This document shows positions 37,601 to 41,915 of a stretch of 41,915 nt of DNA, piece by piece. A program made the translations under genes and the position numbers. Each line of letters begins with the position of its first letter. Positions within the stretch are counted from its first letter, which is position 1. This DNA is from Collodictyon triciliatum (taxonomy: Eukaryota). The notes under the pieces are model-generated. The model ran no database searches. It saw only the letters and a list, made by a program, of their open reading frames with translations, and was not told the origin of the DNA. The stretch spans positions 1 through 41,915 of the forward strand of contig JBHJMP010000855.1 in assembly GCA_043381765.1 (NCBI GenBank), given 5' to 3'.

Positions 37601-39351
37601 TCGTTCTTTTGTATAAAATTATTTGTCATGCGTCATTTTAATGACACATATCCTTAAACTTTACTTTGTTAGTCTCTTGAGCAAATATATCCTGGGCCTC
37701 GTATGTCCCAGTTTCTGTTGGAAGGGTTAAAGTCAAAAAACTCGCGAAGTCGTGTAGAATGCCTCGATATATTGACCATCCTCACACAGAAATATGGATT
37801 AGGTAAATGATGCTGTTTTTATATCTAATTTTAGGAAGTTGTATGAATATGGTCGCACTTACGCCAATGGCCCCAATAATTAACATTTTTCTTGCACGCT
37901 CACAGAGATATTTACTTCTTCCAAAAATCTTCCGATTATCGCCAGTCAAGTTGATAGTAGAGACAAAGATATTCGATCTTCTGCTCTTAATTTATTGGTT
38001 CAAGTGTATATGAGAATGGGTATGTAAATGGTTTCTCACTTATACCATCAGTAAATTTAATTTGTAAGCGTCTGACTTTATTTCCTAGAAGTATGTAATA
38101 TGTTATCATATGAATGCCGAATATTTTACATATGCGCAGGAGACGGTATTTGGAAACTTATTCCTGGTTTAGCGGAGGCTTCAAAATCGATGATAGAAGA
38201 AAAATTCAAATACGTCAGACCCAGTGAAATGCTTGTTCAGAACACTGTCACCCGAAAACAAACGTGAGTGATTTATTCTTGGATGAAAGAAAAATCTATA
38301 TACATATATCGGTAATTTAAAAATTCTCTTTGATTTGTGTTTTCTATCCTTCACTGTCTTTTTTTCTGAAAAGGTTGGAATTCACAATTAAAAAGATCAC
38401 TATAAAAACGCAGAGTGGACCATGTGAATGCAACAGCCTCGTTAAGAAGCTCAAATCTGCGGTCACCCACCCAACAGATTTCACATGGCTTTGCCAACCA
38501 AGATGAGTCCATCAGCGGTATGAACCAGCCGAACTCGCCTGTGCGTGGCCATAGATTCTCGAATCAGCAAGACTACTCTCAAGGCAATGCCCAAGGAGCT
38601 GCTCGCACACAAAGCTCTCTTTCAAATATGGGAACAAAAATGATGGAGATGAAGCAACATCCAAGGTTCCAAGTTGATATTGGCCCTGTCATCGCCCCCG
38701 TTTTTCAGGAGACTGCACAGCCGATGGAGGAAAGCGATATCGAATTCGACTTTTGGGTCACTGCATTGCATAGTGATGATGAACGTGAAAGCGTTGAAGC
38801 CATGAAATATATCTGCCAATCAATTACAGCAAAGACAGTTGTGATATCATACTTATCTCAGTTGATGAATCTATTAACAAAGCACATGCGCCACGCTATC
38901 ACTACGAGACCAATGTCGATGCGCCTTTTCAATTATGTCTCGCATACTATTTCGGAGATTTTTGGGCCTCAGGAATATGGCGAGAAAGTTCCGTCTCCTG
39001 CTTTGATGGAATATTTGAGGGAGACCTTTGATATCTTGCAAGACCCAAGAATTGCAAGCGCAGCGCCGGAAACCGAGCAAGCATACAAACGCTTAGGTGA
39101 AGTGCTGGGCAAAGTTTTCGAGAACGCAAATCAGACCACAGTTTTCAATGTCTTGATAGAGTTGTTGCGAGAAAGCATCCCAACGCTGGTTAGTTCTCTA
39201 TGATTCATCTTTCCGTTTATTAGCGGCCATAGTTTGAGAAAACTGTTTTCAGACAAATATTCTTTCCTCATTGATATAATTCGATGAGAGACCGCTAAAA
39301 AATAATATTGATTAAAATAATAATTGCAAAAAAAAAAAAAAAAAAAAAAAA

Positions 39352-39425
<74 letters not shown>

Positions 39426-41508
39426 AGACCGGTCGTCCTCGAATCAAAGCAAACGGGTAGAGATTACTATCCGCTATCTATCGAAGCAAACTAAGGTTAT
39501 TTTGCGTCATTATTTACATTCAGGCAACAGACCTTTATTTTTTTTTTAAAAAAAATAATTCATCATTTCACCCTCGTGTATTGAATTGCACCGCGTGTAA
39601 TTTTTTTTTATTTGCCCAGACTATATCCAGGATATACACAAAGCTCAACGTCGATGAGATTCTACTCCAGATTCACTTCTTTTTGCAAACACATCCACCC
39701 ACCCAATGGAGAGGTGTAGACGATCTACCCCTGAGGGCGGTGAAGTCAGTGATGAATGAACTCACAAAAACTCTCGGTCCATCCATCAAGTCTCATTTAA
39801 CTCTTATTCCCCCTGGAAATGACCTTATCGGTTCTTATTTGGACTTAATGCTTAAGCTTCAAGTATCGTCAGAACATCCAAACCCATCCCAACAGTCTGG
39901 GGTAAGTTATCATGCCCCTATGAAGAGTCATGAACGTTTATTAACTGGCCATTTGTCGTTATTTCACTAAATGTCATTTTGTATTAATGAGCTCCATCTC
40001 CATTTCCATTGCCTTTCCCTTTTTCTTTTTTCTTTTTTCTTTTTTCTTTTTATAAAAACAAAAACAAAAACAAAGGATTACAGCTATTTAAGGCAAAGCT
40101 CAACAACCCTCAACCAATCCCTTAACATGTCTGTCAACCAAACTTTCGATGACGCCGCTTATCAGCCAGATCCTTCAAGGGGCACGGATGTATGTATCAA
40201 TAGCATTATAATTTGCTCTAGTGTGACCCCAATACCAACTCGGCTGCGTATCAAAGAGCCCATTTACCGAAATCATATATCAGAACGCTTCTATTTCACG
40301 GGACATATTTACCAATATCAAATTATGTCACGTTATTCCAGTACTTTTTTTTTTTTAAAAAAAAACTTTTCAAACAATGCAGAATGTAAATACGCGCTTG
40401 GTCAGCATCTTCAGAAAAATTAGCGAAAAATCCACCAGTGTCGACGGCCTGATGGAGCTGCACAGATTCAAAAAGGCAAATCCACACATCGATATACAAC
40501 CTTACATAGCACGCTCGAGTTCTCAATTTCAGGTACCCTTCTATCTTTATGTGTATTCTTCATATATTCACGAATGTAATCGATATTCCAAATATCTTCA
40601 GTCTCACAAAAGGAAAAAAAACTATACCCATGAATCTGTTTTAAATTTTCTTTATTTTCTGACAATGCTATATTTAATTGGTATAGAGCTACATTATTAA
40701 AGGGTTAATGAAAATTGAGGCGTCAGAACAAAAGCAGGGTCGAGCACCGCAGCAAGGAAGTAGTGTGTCCTGCTACTAAACTATAATACCCGCGCATTCC
40801 TCGAACAATTCAAGCACCTTCTTTTTTCTTTTTACGTTTAGTTTTTTTTCATGACGGGTTTTTTTAAAATAAAATGAATCCAAAGCCAGCTGAACAATAT
40901 TTTCACTGAATACCGCAAAACAGGCTCAACCTCACGAAAAATAATGAAATAGTAAATGCCACATCTAATCATCCCTTTTGACAGGCATCCAGACAAACAA
41001 GTATCCACCCAGCGACAACCCAATGGCCGCGTCTGCAGCTGTTCACTCCTCCGCAAACACGAGCGAGCCATCGGGAATTCAGCGAGGCACAGTTCCCGCC
41101 CCCATTTCAACGACCTCATCACGAATCCCTGGGGCCATCCCGGCATCAGCATCCACAACGCCAACATCTGCAGCAGCCATAGAGGCACTGCGAGAACGTC
41201 TGCGAGCGGCAGCCGGCGGTGCTCTGGGCTCAAACCCGCCCACCCCATCGTCAAGCTTTGTGCCGACACCAACGTCCTTGAGTGCTGCAAATGCTGCCGC
41301 TGACCAGATACACATCCAGCCTGTGCAGAATGCTGCGTTCGATGCGGCTGGGCACCATTCGTCTGCAGATGTGGAGGATTTGCGCATGCGACTCAGACTG
41401 GCCTCCGAGCGTGCAAGTCTGGTGGCGTCGTCTACCTCCAGCAATGAGGCCCCGACTCTTGAGGAAATGAAGCAGCGTCTGGCAAAGTACAGAGCGGCAT
41501 ATAACTGA
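27726..41508 (+). CDS. CKAP5: XMAP215/chTOG/MOR1 microtubule polymerase: five TOG domains plus C-terminal domain, many exons, two N-gaps
   Basis: TOG W-motifs: HKGWKVR (TOG1), SSKWSDRK (TOG2), SSDWKLR and PGWKESNLQV (TOG3), STVWKDR (TOG4), GSDFKNHVDG/NLDLILKY (TOG5). Also VIDAYDLAEPVDI, DANVVVV, EHKNPKV, LEGLKSKNSRSRVECL, LNVDEILLQIHFFL...DDLPLRAVK and LVSIFRKI...SSQFQSYIIKGL. Last exon 40985-41508. Confidence 0.95.
28554..28648. repeat. (ATT)n microsatellite just upstream of an XMAP215 acceptor
   Basis: Direct reading. Confidence 0.95.
29226..29719. other. Assembly gap (N run) inside XMAP215, likely hiding TOG1 exon(s)
   Basis: N characters preceded by poly-T. Confidence 1.
34391..34691. 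repeat. (TTTTTG)n and (GTTT)n microsatellites flanking an N-gap (34501-34595), intronic
   Basis: Direct reading. Confidence 0.95.
39328..39422. repeat. Intronic poly(A) tract (one T) abutting an XMAP215 3' splice site
   Basis: Direct reading; ends ...AAAG|GGA GAC. Confidence 0.95.
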
Positions 41509-41915
41509 CGCACCAGCGAAGTTTGCATCTCCGCGTCCTAACGATCCAGCTTTGGGCCTGTGTTTTTGGGAGGCCTCTCACGCTTCACGGACAACCAGTC
41601 TCTCTGCCTTCTGCCATCCCACTGCTTCAACTCCCACAAAAAAAAAAATCCTCCTTTCTCATGCATTCACACTCCCATAATTCGAGATGATGAAATGAAA
41701 ATAAACCACGAGAAAAAAAAAGGATTACCAGAGAAGCTGTACATTTTCAGTCGGCTTTGCATATGCAAGACTCAAAATAAAACACAATCGTGTATTTTAT
41801 CAAATAGACATGGCTCATCATTCATTCTAATCGATTTTTTTTTTTTTTTTTTTTTACGTGGCTTTTTGAATTTTTTTTTATTAGAAGGAATATAAAATTT
41901 TTTGTTTGGCAAACG

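Overview
This is a gene-dense, intron-rich eukaryotic contig, probably from a protist. It uses the standard code (TAA, TAG and TGA all act as stops) and has three N-gaps and many microsatellites. Splicing exons by hand gives seven well-supported genes: (1) an intronless 1352-aa pentapeptide/WD40/Sel1-repeat protein (-); (2) methylthioribulose-1-phosphate dehydratase mtnB/APIP (+); (3) a DUF1295 steroid-reductase-like membrane protein (+); (4) a ~10.5-kb multi-exon Arf-GEF (-); (5) a DNAJC9-like J-protein (+); (6) an intronless two-repeat Myb factor (+); (7) a five-TOG XMAP215/chTOG microtubule polymerase (+). The most unusual gene is the Arf-GEF. It has a BIG/Sec7-type DCB-HUS-Sec7-HDS1 front half, but the usual HDS2-4 tail is replaced by five PH/PH-like domains, including an internally duplicated two-domain unit with conserved intron positions. 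Also notable: gene 1 looks like a NACHT-less STAND/NLR-like receptor; some 3' splice sites are preceded by poly-A or AG-free microsatellites; there are three GC-AG introns; and there may be a hidden spliced micro-gene antisense downstream of DNAJC9. All domain calls come from reading motifs by eye; no database searches were run.
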